Below, piece by piece: positions 12,591 through 26,049 of a stretch of 64,000 bases of DNA; the stretch's first letter is position 1, and each line of letters begins with the position of its first letter. Made by a program: the position numbers and the translations under genes. This DNA comes from Podarcis melisellensis. Its lineage: Eukaryota. Below the pieces are notes generated by a model. That model made no database searches, was not told the DNA's origin, and was given only the letters and a program-made list of their open reading frames with translations. The stretch lies in the NCBI GenBank assembly GCA_964234715.1, contig OZ174277.1; one strand, given 5' to 3'.

Positions 12591-13101
12591 TGTTGTTGTT
12601 TAGTCGTTTAGTCGTGTCCGACTCTTCGTGACCCCATGGACTCTTCGTGATGCCAGGCACTCCTGTCTTCCACTGCCTCCCGCAGTTTGGTCAGACTCAT
12701 GTTTGTAGCTTCGAGAACACTGTCCAACCATCTCGTCCTCTGTTGTCCCCTTCCCCTTGTGCCCTCCATCTTTCCCAACATCAGGGTCTTTTCCGTCTTT
12801 TCCAGGGAGTCTTCTTTTCTCATGAAGTGGCCAAAGTATTGGAGCCTCAGCTTCACGATCTGTCCTTCCAGTGAGCACTCAGGGCTGATTTCCTTCAGAA
12901 TGGATGCGTTTGATCTTCTTGCAGTCCATGGGACTCTCAAGAGTCTCCTCCAGCACCATAATTCAAAAGCATCAATTCTTCGGCAATCAGCCTTCTTTAT
13001 GGTCCAGCTCTCACTTCCATACATCACTACTGGGAAAACCATAGCTTCTACTATAACGGACCTTTGTTGGCAAGGTGATGTCTCTGCTTTTTAAGATGCT
13101 G
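12591..13101 (-). mobile_element. RTE-BovB LINE, 3' fragment with an 11-bp TSD
   Basis: ORF 12608..13042 MVFPVVMYGSESWTIKKADCRRIDAFELWCWRRLLRVPWTARRSN; TSD atgtaaataat at 12580-12590 and 13102-13112. Confidence 0.96.
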
Positions 13102-13589
13102 ATGTAAATAATAGTTGACCTATATATTTTCCTATATTAGGATAGGGAAACTATTTATAAACCTGTTTAACCATCAAGTGTGAAAATTGGGTAAAAAACA
13201 ACAACACATTTACTGAAGGTTAAAACTGTATCATTTGGGGGCTTAGAAGAGTATGGTTTGCACAGCTTTTACAAACTATGACTCATAAGGATTATCTACA
13301 TTCCTGTTGTGTATAAAGTGACTCTTGGCTTCAATGATAAAAGGTCACTTTCTGTAGTGTACAGAGGTTCAACAAATGTAAATATCAGAATATCTATTGA
13401 AATATTTTTTTAATGGTATTTATTTAGTGTTTCTCAGATGGACCTCACAGTTTGCATAAGATTAGGGCTGTGACCCACTTGGGGTTTGAAACGCACAAGG
13501 CTTTCCTCGCACAGCACTTTTGCACATTGTGCTTTGCAGTTGTATATGTCTTTGCGCACTAACGTTACCTAAAGCCAGAGTTACCATCC

Positions 13590-13735
13590 GTGTTGTCTGT
13601 CTGTTGTTTGGGGAAATTTTTAATGTTTGAAGTTTTATTCTGTTTTTAATGTTCTGTTGAAAGCCGCCCAGAGTGGCTGGGGAAACCCAGCCAGATGGGT
13701 GGGGTAGAAATAATAAATTAGATGATGATGATGAT
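13590..13735 (+). mobile_element. L2-clade LINE 3' end
   Basis: aagccgcccagagtggctggggaaacccagccagatgggtggggta plus a simple-repeat tail; reverse copies at 26050, 29978, 54376. Confidence 0.75.
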
Positions 13736-13791
13736 TGATAACAGTGGGTGTGCTTCTGAAGTAGTGCACATTGATGCTCACTACAGTGGTA

Positions 13792-13991
13792 CAGTGGTAC
13801 TCAGGTTACAGACGCTTCAGGTTACACACTCTGCTAACCCAGAAATAGTACCTCGGGTTAAGAACTTTGCTTCAGGATGAGAACAGAAATTGCGCAGTGG
13901 CGGCAGCAGGAGGCCACATTAGGTTAAGAACAGTTTCAGGTTAAGAACAGACCTCCAGAAAGAATTAAGTTCGTAACCAGAGGTACCACTG
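13792..13991. mobile_element. Tc1/mariner (Tigger-like) MITE
   Basis: TA-cagtggtac...gtaccactg-TA; same family as 22346 in opposite orientation. Confidence 0.9.
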
Positions 13992-14329
13992 TACTTTCCT
14001 GTCCATCGTGTTTTCCGAGCGCTGGCAGAAACAGCAACACCTCACCGCACTTGCACAGACATTTTTCCTTCTTCATGTTTTAAAATATCACACTTTTTTA
14101 TTCACTGGAAGTCAAGTAGGAGAGGGGGAGTGGCACAGCCCTGCAATGTCACTAAGTCCACCACAGTAGGAAGTGACCTACAGAAACGCTATCTGTGTAC
14201 ACTTGGTAGAAAGAAGTGTTTAAGAAGTGCATTCTTGGCACAAATTGGATTAAAACTGTTCATGCAGAATACACTTTAGATCAACTAGTCATGTGGGGCA
14301 GGATCCACATGGGAACAATGTTATATGTA

Positions 14330-14682
14330 AAGGGGGGACCCCTGACCATTAGGTCTACTTGTGGCCGACTCTGGGGTTGCGGTGCTCATCTCGCTTTATT
14401 GGCCAATGGAGCTGGCATGCAGCTTGCGGGTCATGTGGCCAGCATGACTAAGCCGCTTCTGGCGAACCAGAGCAGCGCACGGAAACGCCATTTACCTTCC
14501 TGCCGGAGTGGTACCTATTTATCTACTTGCACTTTGACGTGCTTTCAAACTGCTAGGTTGGCTGGCAGGAGCAGGGACCGAGCAATGGGAGCTCACCCCG
14601 TTGCGGGGATTCGGACTCCCGACCTTCTGATCGGCAAGTCCTAGGCTCTGTGGTTTAACCCACAGCGCCACCCGCATCCCTT
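14330..14682 (-). mobile_element. Full-length Sauria SINE
   Basis: 12-bp TSD atgttatatgta at 14318-14329 and 14683-14694. Confidence 0.95.
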
Positions 14683-17302
14683 ATGTTATATGTACAGCAC
14701 CCCAAAAATGCATGTATATATGAATGCACGTTGGCATTTCAACAACAAACATTTATTCTTATTTTTATTTTAAAGTTACAATAGGATGGAAAAGGAAACT
14801 TGTTTGTTTAGAAGAAACTGTGAGAAGCAATTTGTCTTCAAGTCACTTCCTCTGAATGGAGCATTTTTTCCTCTGCAGAGAAAACCACTTATACCAAGTG
14901 GAGAAAGTGAGCCCTTTCGGCTGCCCTAGGGAGTGCTCAGCTGATCAGTGCTGACAGGGAGCCCTGCTTGCAAAAGGAGGAACTGGAAGCTCCACTTTAA
15001 GTTCCCAATTGTTCCTTGAAGCCCTGTCTGAAACTACTCCACATCTGATATCACATATGACATCAGGTGTGGGGCAGGTGGACATGGATTGTGGGAAATG
15101 GTTTTGCTGGGCCTAATTAGACCAGAGAGGCTTCCCACAGTTGTTACCGTATATGAATTAACTACTGATGCCCTACGCCTCTGTAGTGAATGTATGATGC
15201 TGCCTTACTGTCAACCATCCAGCTCAACAATGCCTGTTCCATCTTTTCCCAGGTTGGAGAACTCCAACTATCATCAACTCCCAGAAACGTTCCTTTCCAT
15301 TAAAGATTTTATTTCCTAATACTGAGTAGAAAGAAAGTGATAATGTGCATTTAGGTCATCTCACTTTAATGCTAGAATTAGATTTTCTGATGTAATTGCT
15401 AGCAGCTAGACAAACTGGTTTGAAATGTTAATTTAAGAATACAGCTCTTGTGTCAATTATAATATGTAGGCATGAACGGGTTTTTGTTTTTAGTTTTTAG
15501 CAAGAATACAAAATGAAGTCCTTCCTTCACATTTATATAATATAGAACATGTCTTAGCCAAAGCAAACAAAACCACGAATGCTTTGTTAATCATCCATAA
15601 CTAATTTGTACATACTCTGGAAAGAAAATTGAATCTGCTTGTGATGTAACTTTTTATATGGAATTGGTAAATTAAAATGAAACAAAGTTGAGCAAATATT
15701 GACAATAAAATGTATGTCATAGGCATTGTTTCTTGATGCAATATGATAAAATACAATATGATAAAAGTTGACTGGCAAAATAAGTATCTCTACATAGATT
15801 CAAAAATAACTACATATTTTTAAGAATGGTAAAGAACTGCTGCATATACATACATACATACATAATTTTATCTCTATGATTATTGCAGAGGAAAGAAGTA
15901 GGCCACTTCAGGGGATATGTGAAACCTATTTCCTTTTGTGTAGAATGCGCTCTTTGCTAAGGTTGTAAATAAATGTATACACAATTGACTACAGTTCTCT
16001 TCACTGAAATATATAGGCTGTGTTTATTAAGAACAATAGCATGCAGAAACATGCATATATTTACATAAATCCTAATCCTCAGGACTCAATGTTCTGTTGT
16101 TATTTATTTCTCCTCTGATGATAACAGCTTTATATATCCAATTCAAATTTGCATACTTTGTGACATTGCTGTTAAGAGTACACTGTGTATCATTAAACAG
16201 TTTCAAAAGACATGGGAGGTGTTGTAAAGGTGAATTGGGAAAGACAACAACTTTGAACACCTCATCCTTAGTGACTGTTTGCATAACCGTTTTGCTGAAG
16301 GTGCTTCAATTCCAGTACCTGTGTTCTCTATGTATTTCTGAGTTCTCCCTGTTGCTCTTATTTTCACTCTCAATCATATACAGATTTATTTTCACATAGT
16401 TGAATAGCATTCTTAACATGGCGTTTAATAGAACTGGGCAGGGCAAGGCACCTAATTCATGTTTGAATCATGGTTTCAAGTTGGCTGGTTTCAAACTAAC
16501 TTTAACTGTGGTTTTGTGGTTCAAAAATCCAAGGATCTGTGATTAAGCAAAAGCTTCTAAACTCTTCTTCTCATTTGTGCCAGAGGAGGGGAAGGGAAGC
16601 TTGGAAACTCAAGGCTCACTCAGGCTTAACTCATCTAAACACAGCCTTAGGCTGCTTCTTCCTTTCAGAAAAGACTCTGAGAGGCAAATGATTTGGGCAT
16701 TGTGTTTTTATGTGTTTCGAAAGGTCTGCAACATTCACCTGAGAATCTCCAATGAAATTCTGAAAGATAGAATCATAGATTCATATATATATAAGAAGAC
16801 ATTCCAACACTTTCTTTCACAAGGAACAAAGTAAACTAGGTTGATTTAGATGTATTATTTTCTTAATTTTATTATTAAACAGGGTAGGTATATAAACGTA
16901 GCTCACATAACAAAGAAAATGCATATAATATTTAAATACATGCACATGGGTAAATATCATCATTGTTCTGTCATATAATTTATAAGTTGGTGCTCTTCGT
17001 TGGCTCAGATGTAGTGACTAAATTTTATCATCTGTGCTACTTGCCAAGTAATGTACCGTTGAGTTGTAAAACATTTTCAGTAAGCTGGGACATTTATTCT
17101 TGCAGAACATAATACATTTATTCGCAAATTCCATGTCAGAATTACCCACCTCTCACCTTATAAATCACACACACAAAAATATTATTGGATCCTTTGAATG
17201 TGCACAGCGTGTCGTGTATTTAAGTCACTGTATCATTTTTCCAATATGTGGATAGAACCCCAAATGTAGAAAATCTCTTAAATGCTTGCTGCACTATCTA
17301 TA

Positions 17303-17536
17303 CAGTCATACCTCGGAAGTCAAATAGAATCTGTTCTGGAAGTCTGTTCAGCTTCTGAAACATTCGACTTCCAAAGCGCAACTCCTGCCTGCAGCCAGTC
17401 GGAAGCTGTGGAAGCCCCGTCGGATGTTCGGCTTCCAAAAGAACGTTCAAAAACCGGAACACTCACTTTCGGTTTTTGATCGTCCGGGAGCCGAAATGTT
17501 CGACTCCCAAGGCATTCGGGAGCTGAGGTACGACTA
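17303..17536. mobile_element. Tc1/mariner (Tigger-like) MITE
   Basis: TA-cagtcatacctc...gaggtacgact. Confidence 0.8.
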
Positions 17537-17579
17537 TTATATTGTTGGCAGCAACATAACCCTCATTGGCTAGTGAATA

Positions 17580-17936
17580 CAGTGGTGCCCCGCAAGACGA
17601 ACGCCTCGCAAGACGAAAAACCCGCTAGACGAAAGGGTTTTCCGTTTTGGAGGCGCTTCGCAAAACGAATTCCCCTATGGGGTTGCTTCGCAAGACGAAA
17701 AAAATCTTGCATCCCCCCCGCGGGTTTTTTCCGCTTTTTCCGCCCTTTTCTTAAGCTGCTAAGCCGCTTATCAGCTGTTCCGCTGATAAGCCGCTTAACA
17801 GCTGATCGCTGGAAGCCGCTTGACAGCTGTAGCGCTAATCCGCTAAGCTGTCAATGGGCTTGCTTTGCAAGACGAAAAAACCGCTATACGAAGAGCCTCA
17901 CGGAACGGATTAATTTCGTCTTGCGAGGCACCACTG
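17580..17936 (+). mobile_element. Tc1/mariner MITE, 'gcaagacgaa' family
   Basis: TA-cagtggtgccccgcaagacg...cgtcttgcgaggcaccactg-TA. Confidence 0.93.
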
Positions 17937-17959
17937 TAGTTGGCTGAGACGAAAAACCT

Positions 17960-18190
17960 GGCCATTCTTCATGTACCTCCTCCACAAGAGGTCCGGAGGG
18001 TGGCAACACAAGAACGGGTTTTTGCTGCAGTGGTTCCCCATTTGTGGAATGCTCTCCCCGGAGAGGTTTCCTCTTGTTGATGGTGTATTTTGTGTTTTTA
18101 TTTTGTGATTTTATCTTGTGACTTGAGACTCGAGAGTATAGGGCAGTATACAAATTTTAATAACAACAACAACAACCACAACCACAACAA
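17960..18190 (+). mobile_element. L2-clade LINE 3' fragment
   Basis: Matches 41775-41875 (gaggtccggagggtggcaacacaagaacg...ccccatttgtggaatgctctccc). Confidence 0.75.
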
Positions 18191-18379
18191 ATTACTCCTC
18201 TATACTATTTTGGACAAATTCTGTAAGAGCTCCTGGAAAAGTTTTACGTTAATTTTCTTTTTTATGTTGGTCCAGTGTTCAGATGCCCACCTCCCATAAA
18301 AATAGCAGCAAGAAAGAGACCATTTTCCAATGGCCAAGACGGTTTCCCACTTTCAAAGCTAGTCCCACTTGCCTCCAGC

Positions 18380-18516
18380 ACAGGGTGCCCAACACTGTGC
18401 CTTCCATATGCTTTGGATTTCAATTCCTATTAGCCCCAGTCAGCATGATCAGTGGTCAGGACTGATGATACCTGTAGTCCAATAACATCTGGAGGGCACT
18501 ACATTGACTAGCTCTG
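18380..18516. mobile_element. Old palindromic hAT-like MITE
   Basis: caggg...ctctg ends; degenerate internal inverted symmetry. Confidence 0.5.
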
Positions 18517-19129
18517 TTCTAGCACATGCAAGGAAAGTATGACCATTTTGAATTGTGTGTTTGGGTGTATAACTTTTTATAGGGTTTTATAAACAAGGAT
18601 CATAGGAATACTAAATGATACAAATAAAAAGAACAAGTGGCCTTGTGGTGCAGCAATAAAACTGCTAGCAAAGTTAAGCAGGGTCTGGTGTGGTTTCAGT
18701 ACCCCTTCCAACTCTACAATTCTATGATTCTAAGTCTTCTCGTGTCATTTGTACATCTCAAAAATAGCATACAAGATTTGTAGCAATATCTACGACACAT
18801 GGTTCATTGTTAGTGGTCAATGTAGAAGTTCATGAACTGGTTTAAACAAAAGTGAAGGAGAAACAGAGTAGAACAGAATTAACAGCTAACTTTCAACATC
18901 GCAAAGCCAAATGCCTAATCAGGAACCCTTGTGCTTTTGCTTACATTAAATAAGAGTAATAATCATTTTCCCTCTTATATTACCTATGAAACCATATAAA
19001 ATGTTAGTCTATTGATGAATGTGGGAGTACAAATAGTAATTTATGTTTAAATTTAAATTTAGATCAACCAGATTGAGCCAAATGCTGGTGGGGGGACTGT
19101 TCATTTTCTGGAATATTGACATATGTTGT

Positions 19130-20270
19130 TAAATTAAACCACACCAGGGTAAAGCCATATTTTATCTGCCTGTGTGTCAATCTTTGTTGTTTCTCTCTTT
19201 GTTAATATCTCAAGTAGAACTGTTTCCCAAACAGTTTTGTACCAATTGTCTAACATTGCACCAGAAAGATCTTTCCAGTGTCTGGTTATGTTGTGTCTTA
19301 CTGCTTGTAATAAATGGCTTATTAATTCTTTATTATGTAAATCCTGGTTGTTGTACTGAACTATATTTAATAAAGCTAATTCTGGTTTGACTTCCAATTG
19401 TTGTTTTGTTGTCTTGTTAATTTTTTGGAATGTTGAATACCAGGAAGTTTGGATTTTTGTCCGCATGTGGTGGAGCCGCCCCTCCAACAATGCAATGAGG
19501 TTCCTGGATGGACCATTGCCTGCTTTCTAAGGTTAGGTATCACCTATACATGAATTTTAGGGTTAATTCTGTATTGCTGGCTGAAATAGACTTAAAGACT
19601 TGAACTTTTGTATTTAGCTAGTAGATCAGTGGGACGCAGGTGGCGCTGTGGGTTAAAGCCTCAGTGCCTAGGACTTGCTGATCGAAAGGTCGGCGGTTCG
19701 AATCCCTGCGGCGGGGTGCACTCCCGCTGCTCGGTCCCAGCGCCTGCCAACCTAGCAGTTCGAAAGCACCTCCGGGTGCAAGTAGATAAATAGGGACCGC
19801 TTACCAGCGGGAAGGTAAACGGCGTTTCCGTGTGCAGCTCTGGCTCGCCAGAGCAGCGATGTCATGCTGGCCACGTGACCCGGAAGTGTCTCCGGACAGC
19901 GCTGGCCCCTGGCCTCTTAAGTGAGATGGGCGCACAACCCCAGAGTCTGTCAAGACTGGCCCGTACGGGCAGGGGTACCTTTACCTTTTAGTAGATCAGT
20001 AATTTCCATTTCTAGTTTTGCTATTGTTGTAGAGGTTTCTTTTTTGATATATGATTTTTCTTTGATACAGCTATCTCTTGTCACTGCTTTCATGGCTTCC
20101 CAAAGGTTGGTAGAATTAGTGATGTCATTGTTGTTTTCCTTAAAATAGAATTGTAGGGTTTCTGCTATCCTTTCTCTGGATAGTTGGTTGGTCACTAAAA
20201 TAGGGTTAAACGACCAGGATGGCAAGATTTGGATTTAATTGTCCAGTCCAGCTTGAAAGAAATGTAAAAT
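19130..20270 (-). mobile_element. L1-clade ORF2 remnant with the RT domain deleted, interrupted by a Sauria SINE
   Basis: WSFNP...LWEAMKAVTR (post-endonuclease linker) joined to KSISASNTELTLKFMYR.YLT...KELISHLL...WYKTVWETVLLE (C-terminus). Confidence 0.85.
19631..19988 (+). mobile_element. Full-length young Sauria SINE (second subfamily)
   Basis: gggacgcaggtggcgctgtggg head, cctttacc tail, perfect 12-bp TSD tagtagatcagt, CpG-rich. Confidence 0.96.
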
Positions 20271-20537
20271 TGAAATCTTTTGGATTTTCTTCACTTGATA
20301 TATCATATAAGTCCCACTTTTGGAAGAGTTGTAGTAATTTGTGTGTGTCTTTTGTTTTCTTTTTGGGATTTATCTTTTAAAAGGTTCCAGCACTGGAAAT
20401 GGTGGGTTGGCTTCTCTGGTGTGCCTTCACTTGCTGAGCTCTATGTTGCCTTGTGCCTTTGCCTCCCAGTAACTGGCAGCATTGGGAAGCCCAGTCAGCA
20501 ACCATTCCCACTGCTTCTGCTGGTGCTGCCTCTGAAC

Positions 20538-21185
20538 ACATAGGAACATGGCATATTGAGTCCGATCATTGGCTCATCTTGCCCAGCATTGTCCACACTG
20601 ATTGACAGAGGGTTTCCAGGGTTTCAGGCAAGTTGTGTTCTCAGCCCTACTTGGTAGGGTTGCCATATGTATGGGAAATCCCGGACATGTCCTCTTTTGG
20701 GGGGCCTACACCCCCATCCACAGGGATTTTTGCATTTTATAGGAAATGTTTTGGTTTGGGGGGGCGATTTGAGGATATTTATTTATTTGTGTTTTTTAAC
20801 TGTGCTCTGAAAGCGGAAGCAGTTGCTTTGGCCGGAGATGAGCGTTCACGAGGCCCGCGTACTACCAGCGTCGCCACCAGGCCCATGCGCATCTTTCCCA
20901 GCTTGGGCTGGCAGTAGCCTCTAAGGAAGCCACCATTGCTTCCCCCTCTTGCTCAGTTTCGGCCACCCAGAACACGAAGTCTGTGAGTAGCGCTAGAGGA
21001 GGCGGCAGCGGTTGGCTATTCCCCCCCCCCCCCAAAAGCTCAAAAACGTTGTTGGCTATCTCATCAAAGAAGCTACCGATCGTCCGGATTTTCACTTCCT
21101 AAAATATGGCAAGCTGGAGATGCTGGGGATTGAAGCTGGGACCTTTTGCATGCAGACCATGCGCCCCCCCACTGAGCTGCAGTAC
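20538..21185 (-). mobile_element. tRNA-derived SINE (Squam3-like) split by a hAT-like MITE
   Basis: cataggaa tail...cagccctacttgg | agatgctggggattgaagctgggacc...ccactgagct. Confidence 0.65.
20655..21115. mobile_element. hAT-like MITE (tagggttgcca TIR)
   Basis: tagggttgccatat...atatggcaagct. Confidence 0.75.
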
Positions 21186-22029
21186 TTGTTGTTACAGCTC
21201 TGAGTTAGTGTTACTGCTCTTAATCAATTTATGTCATTTCTGACACACTTTTATAATTCAGATCTTGAATATTTCTGGTATGTGCCACATTTTAAAAACA
21301 TTAACTTCTCCATTCGTATGCATCATCATTCTTAATAAACGTTCTGGATATCTTGAGCCATGATTTTGCTTTTAAGCACCTTTTCATCGCAGATGGCATT
21401 TGGGCCTCCAAATCTTCCATCCAACTGTCTAAATTATTTTAACTGACATAGTTTCTAATTTACTCTCTCCAGTTGAGAGAGCTTCCCGTAGCTTGTCTAT
21501 TTTAGCATTTAATTGCTCTATGCTTCCACAAATTAGATTCTGTAGTGATCCATTTTGCTCTGTTAGTGAAGCAGTGATCTCTTCAGCATAGCCTAAGTAA
21601 TATGGAACTTGTGATGTAGTTTAAAGACCGTCATCCAGGAACTTCTGGACTTGTTTCACTTTGGAGTGTTTGCAGCAAGTGAAATAGCAATATTACTACC
21701 ATGCATTTCTGAATTGTAGCCAATTTGACTGAAAATATTGCCTTATTTTCTGTCAATTATAATCTCTTTGTTTGGTGACGGAGGGCTGAAGGGATGACCT
21801 GGTTGAAAAGCTTAAGCAAGTGCATCCTGTGTATTATTTAATTGGACTACATGTAAAGTAGAACTTTCAATTAGCACATTTATGATCTCATTACTTTCTC
21901 TCCTTCAGATACCATAGTTACTATTGTGCTTTTTTCTATTTTTGACATACTCATTGAAAAAGCTTTGAAAAAGCAAATGCTCTCTTGCTCTGATCACCTT
22001 AGTATTTTTACTGTGGGTTTTTTTAACGT

Positions 22030-22195
22030 ACTGTATTTTAACATACTGTATAAGACACCCCCATGTATAAGATGCCCCCTATTTTGGGGGACTCCAAATT
22101 AAGAAAACACCCATCAGCCCTATCCGTGTATAAGATGATTTAAACCTAATTTTTTGGTTTAAAAAACCAAGTCTTATACACAGAAAAACATGTGT
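22030..22195. mobile_element. Old pogo/Tigger-like MITE
   Basis: tactgtatttt...tataagac...gtcttatacacagaaaa. Confidence 0.6.
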
Positions 22196-22345
22196 ATATT
22201 CAGAATGGCATTTGTTTTTGATAGTTACTTTGAAACTCCACGCGGAAAGCTACAGAATAAATTAATCAAATTTTGAAGTCTTGTCAGTTTTACATTTGTA
22301 ATTAACCCTTGTTCTATTTATTTTTAAAACAGAAAGATAGCAGTA

Positions 22346-22587
22346 CAGTGGTCCCTCGGGTTAAGTACTTAATTCGTTCTGGAGGTCCGTTCTTAACCTG
22401 AAACTGTTCTTAACCTGAAGCACCACTTTAGCTAATGGGGCCTCCTGCTGCCCCTGCGGCGCCACCACACAATTTCTGTTCTCATCCTTAAGCAAAGTTC
22501 TTAACCCGAGGTACTATTTCTGGGTTAGCGGAGTCTGTAACCTGAAGCGTATGTAACCTGAAGCGTATGTAATCCGAGGTACCACTG
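22346..22587. mobile_element. Tc1/mariner (Tigger-like) MITE
   Basis: TA-cagtggtccctcgg...ccgaggtaccactg-TA. Confidence 0.92.
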
Positions 22588-22777
22588 TACTGTGAAGTGT
22601 AATAGGTGTATTTTATTCATCATATTTGTATCCCATCTTTCCTCCATGGAGTCCACGGCAGTGTACATTATCTAGTCCATTTTGTCTTCACAACCATCCT
22701 GTAAGTAAATACCTGCCCAGTGCTGACCCAGTGAACTTACAGATGATTTCTTTTTTTGCCCAAGTTTAAATCTCTGC

Positions 22778-23090
22778 TGTCATGACCCCAGAGTCCAGCA
22801 GCAATCAAATTAAGGCTCTGAGCTGGAGGCCACAGTCTCCAACTCTGGATCTGGAGCAGGTGCAGGGCTCAAAGCCCGTTCCTGGAAGATTGGCATTCCA
22901 TTCTCAAATCAGAACACAACAGGACAGGACAGATGTTCCATAGAACATTGTAAGAGACCACAAGATCAAGCTGTGGTGAAGATTCTTATCAAGATCATTG
23001 ATAAAACAAAATAATATTACCTTTCTATGTGGAGAATATAAGTGGAACAAATAAAAGGAAAAACTCCAGGGAAGCGTTGAAGACGTCACA
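22778..23090. mobile_element. Possible degenerate solo LTR
   Basis: tgtcatgac...gacgtcaca termini with internal aataaa; no clear TSD. Confidence 0.35.
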
Positions 23091-26049
23091 GTACCTCTAT
23101 CAAATCAGAAAGAAGCTGATACTAAACTATTCCTGCATGCCCAGCGTGCACCCAAGGAAGGCTGCATGGATGTCATTATTGTATGAGAGAACACAGATGT
23201 AATCATCCTAGGTGTTCCTTACATTCTTAAGTATTACAACATAACTGCACCTATGTTTCAGAAACCTGGATTACAACAATCGAGGTATAGCTGGTGTGAG
23301 GCAAATTGCTCCTTTTATAGGACACATTGTACTTAAGGCACTCCATGGCTTCTGTGCCTTCATTTGTTATGACATAGTAAGAGATTTATAATGATTCTGA
23401 TAAACTTGCTGCACTAAAACTTGTTCAGCCCTGCCAAAAATTTGTGGTGAGGTTTTCACAACTTACTGAAGCAGTAAATCAGAACCATTACAATGCCTTG
23501 ACATTTTTACACATGTATGACTGTAAGAACACCGCAGGTGCCAAGGAGTTACACTGCATCACTTTTTTTGCCGAAAAAGGTGTAGTAGAATTGCATCAAC
23601 AGACATATTCCTGTGCCATGCTAATTCAGAAAAACATTCCAAATCCAGATGGCAATGGATGGAAGATGGCAGAGATACCTCGCAGAGTATAAACCAGCAA
23701 CAAATTCACTTCTGGAACTGTTGCACTGCAGATGTGAGCAGTCTGGCACAGTGTTCACATGCAGCTGTATAAAGAATGGTTTGACACGCATGACAGTATG
23801 CTGTGCATAATGTTATTTTGACAACCAAGCTGCTGAAGATGAAATTGACTTTGAATCTTTCCTTGAATGGTGACATTTTAGGATTAGTTGCAACTTTTGA
23901 GAAATTTTTGTTCTTCAACTTTGATATTTTGAGGGGTATATCAGTGCAGGTATAGTGATAACATACCAGCATGATACAAATCTGAAGTTTCCAAACGTCA
24001 CCAGAGGCAGCCCTACGTATAGCGCATTGCAGTAATCTAACTTTGAGGTTCCCGGAGCATAGACAACAGTAGTTCAAACTTGTTTTAAAAATAAAATAAA
24101 GTATTCTTGTAGCCATCAAATGTAGGTATTTATTTGATGGAAAGTTCTAGTAGGATATGATTTTTCTGTCCCAAATTTGTGGCTTAAAAATAGCTTATGG
24201 AGGATGTTTATGATAATTACACTTGCCCAATGTTTCTCCAGTATCCCAGCTATAAAAAGAAATGAATGCAGGCCTGATAATTTGTGTGTGTTTTCCTAAA
24301 CATCCATGTGGAATTAAAAATATGATGATTCTAGCTACCTCCCCCCACAAAAGAGAACAAAAGTATTATTAACCACTTGTTAACTATTATCTAAATAAAA
24401 ATATATTGCTACTACAGTTATTATTTGCCTAGAATAAAATGCACTAATTCAATAAAAAAAATTCCAAAGGCATTTCCTAAAGGTACTTGACATTTCTGCC
24501 CAGTAGGATAAGTCAGAATGTAATATGTCATCCCTGAAGAATACATTGTTTAAAAAAAACACTAGTGTTATCTGTCAGATTATGCACAGTAATATTATAT
24601 GGAACTATTAGCGCATGTAGATACCTTATGAGTGAATTTCAAAAATGCACCAAACACTTGAGAAGGATTTAGTCCCTCTCAGAAGAAATACTTAAGAATA
24701 TGCAAATACTCTCCACCGAATCAAGTTGAACAGATGCTACTATCACAAACAATGCAAGTTCTCCTTTCTGTGGCCTCTGCTGTCAATCAGTGAACAAGAT
24801 TAAGGTCAAAGGTTCTGATAATTGTAAAAGGAAAAGTGTGATCAGCAAGCTTCAGTTCATTGTACTAATATGAACAATAATTATCTGTATCGTGAAAATA
24901 GATAAACACTGCAGCTCCTTTTTTGAATAAAGATACAATGTTGGATATATCCTAAAAGTACTGATTGAAACTCCTTAATTCGCATGCCTCTTGCAATAAT
25001 ATTATAAAGCCATACATACAATGTTCTATTTATATATGGGGGGGGGAGGCAGAAAATCTTGTTGGCATTTCCCCCAGCGAAGTACCATTCTAAAGCTAAT
25101 GTCCTCTTCATTAAAAATTATTACTTTTTTTCTAGCCAAATGGTAATTATTGTTTGAAATATTTTTGCCAAAACTTAAATCCTGTCCCTAGACAGCAATT
25201 AACCTTGGCATTAAGGGACCACCTATAGGATGGCCTCACATTTATCAAATTTTAGTTCCGTTGCAAGTTCACTGTCATGCCACTTGCCTACTCTAACAAG
25301 CAGAAAATGTTTTTCTTGATATTGGTCCTAATGGAAAGGGATTTGTAAGCAGGAATGTACAAGAGTTTACTGAATGTTACATATGGGGATTTAAACAGTT
25401 TAAAATCTAACTGCGAATTCGACCTGAGAGAGACTATAAGCAAAAGCACCTGTCAAGGATGGAGGGGGAAAGTCCTTTTAACTCTACCTCTCCTGTTACA
25501 AGGGAATAGACATTTAAAATGATGGTATTTACCCCTGTCGGTTTTCCCCAAATCCCCTCAGAGTTCTCCCTTTTTTGTTGGAGAGAGTGTGGTCAACAGG
25601 CTCCTCCTTTATGGCAGTCTGTTGGTAGTTTTTAGGCTTCATAAAAAAAATCAAATATATTCACCTCTTCTCCCGCAGTTACGGATATATGGGACTATTA
25701 ACTTGTTCTGTACTTACCTTGGCTGGAAGAAACAAAACTATTATCCTCATTTGACCTTCAGCCTCTTACTTGTCAACATAATTATCATTTATATCCTTTG
25801 CATAATAATATAGCAATGTTTTCAACAACTGTTATTGACTCCTGACTTATGTTTGCTTTTCTGTTAATGTAGTTACAAAATATTTGTTATAAATAAAAAT
25901 TTATTAATAAAAATTATTAGAAAGCAAAAACAAACTCCTTAACAGGTTTACATAGAAAGTGAACTAGCAAAGAAATGTTTGTTACTTCATTTTCTGTGTA
26001 ACTCTGTTAAGGACCTTGTTACCTCTAGTAATAGTATTTTCACAACAAG

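Noticed and set aside
17580-17936. Recurring gcaagacgaa units that resemble a CRISPR array
   Set aside because: Eukaryotic MITE subterminal repeats with TIRs and TA TSD; irregular spacing and no cas genes
19631-19715. tRNA gene-like A/B boxes
   Set aside because: They are the tRNA-derived head of a SINE, not a tRNA gene
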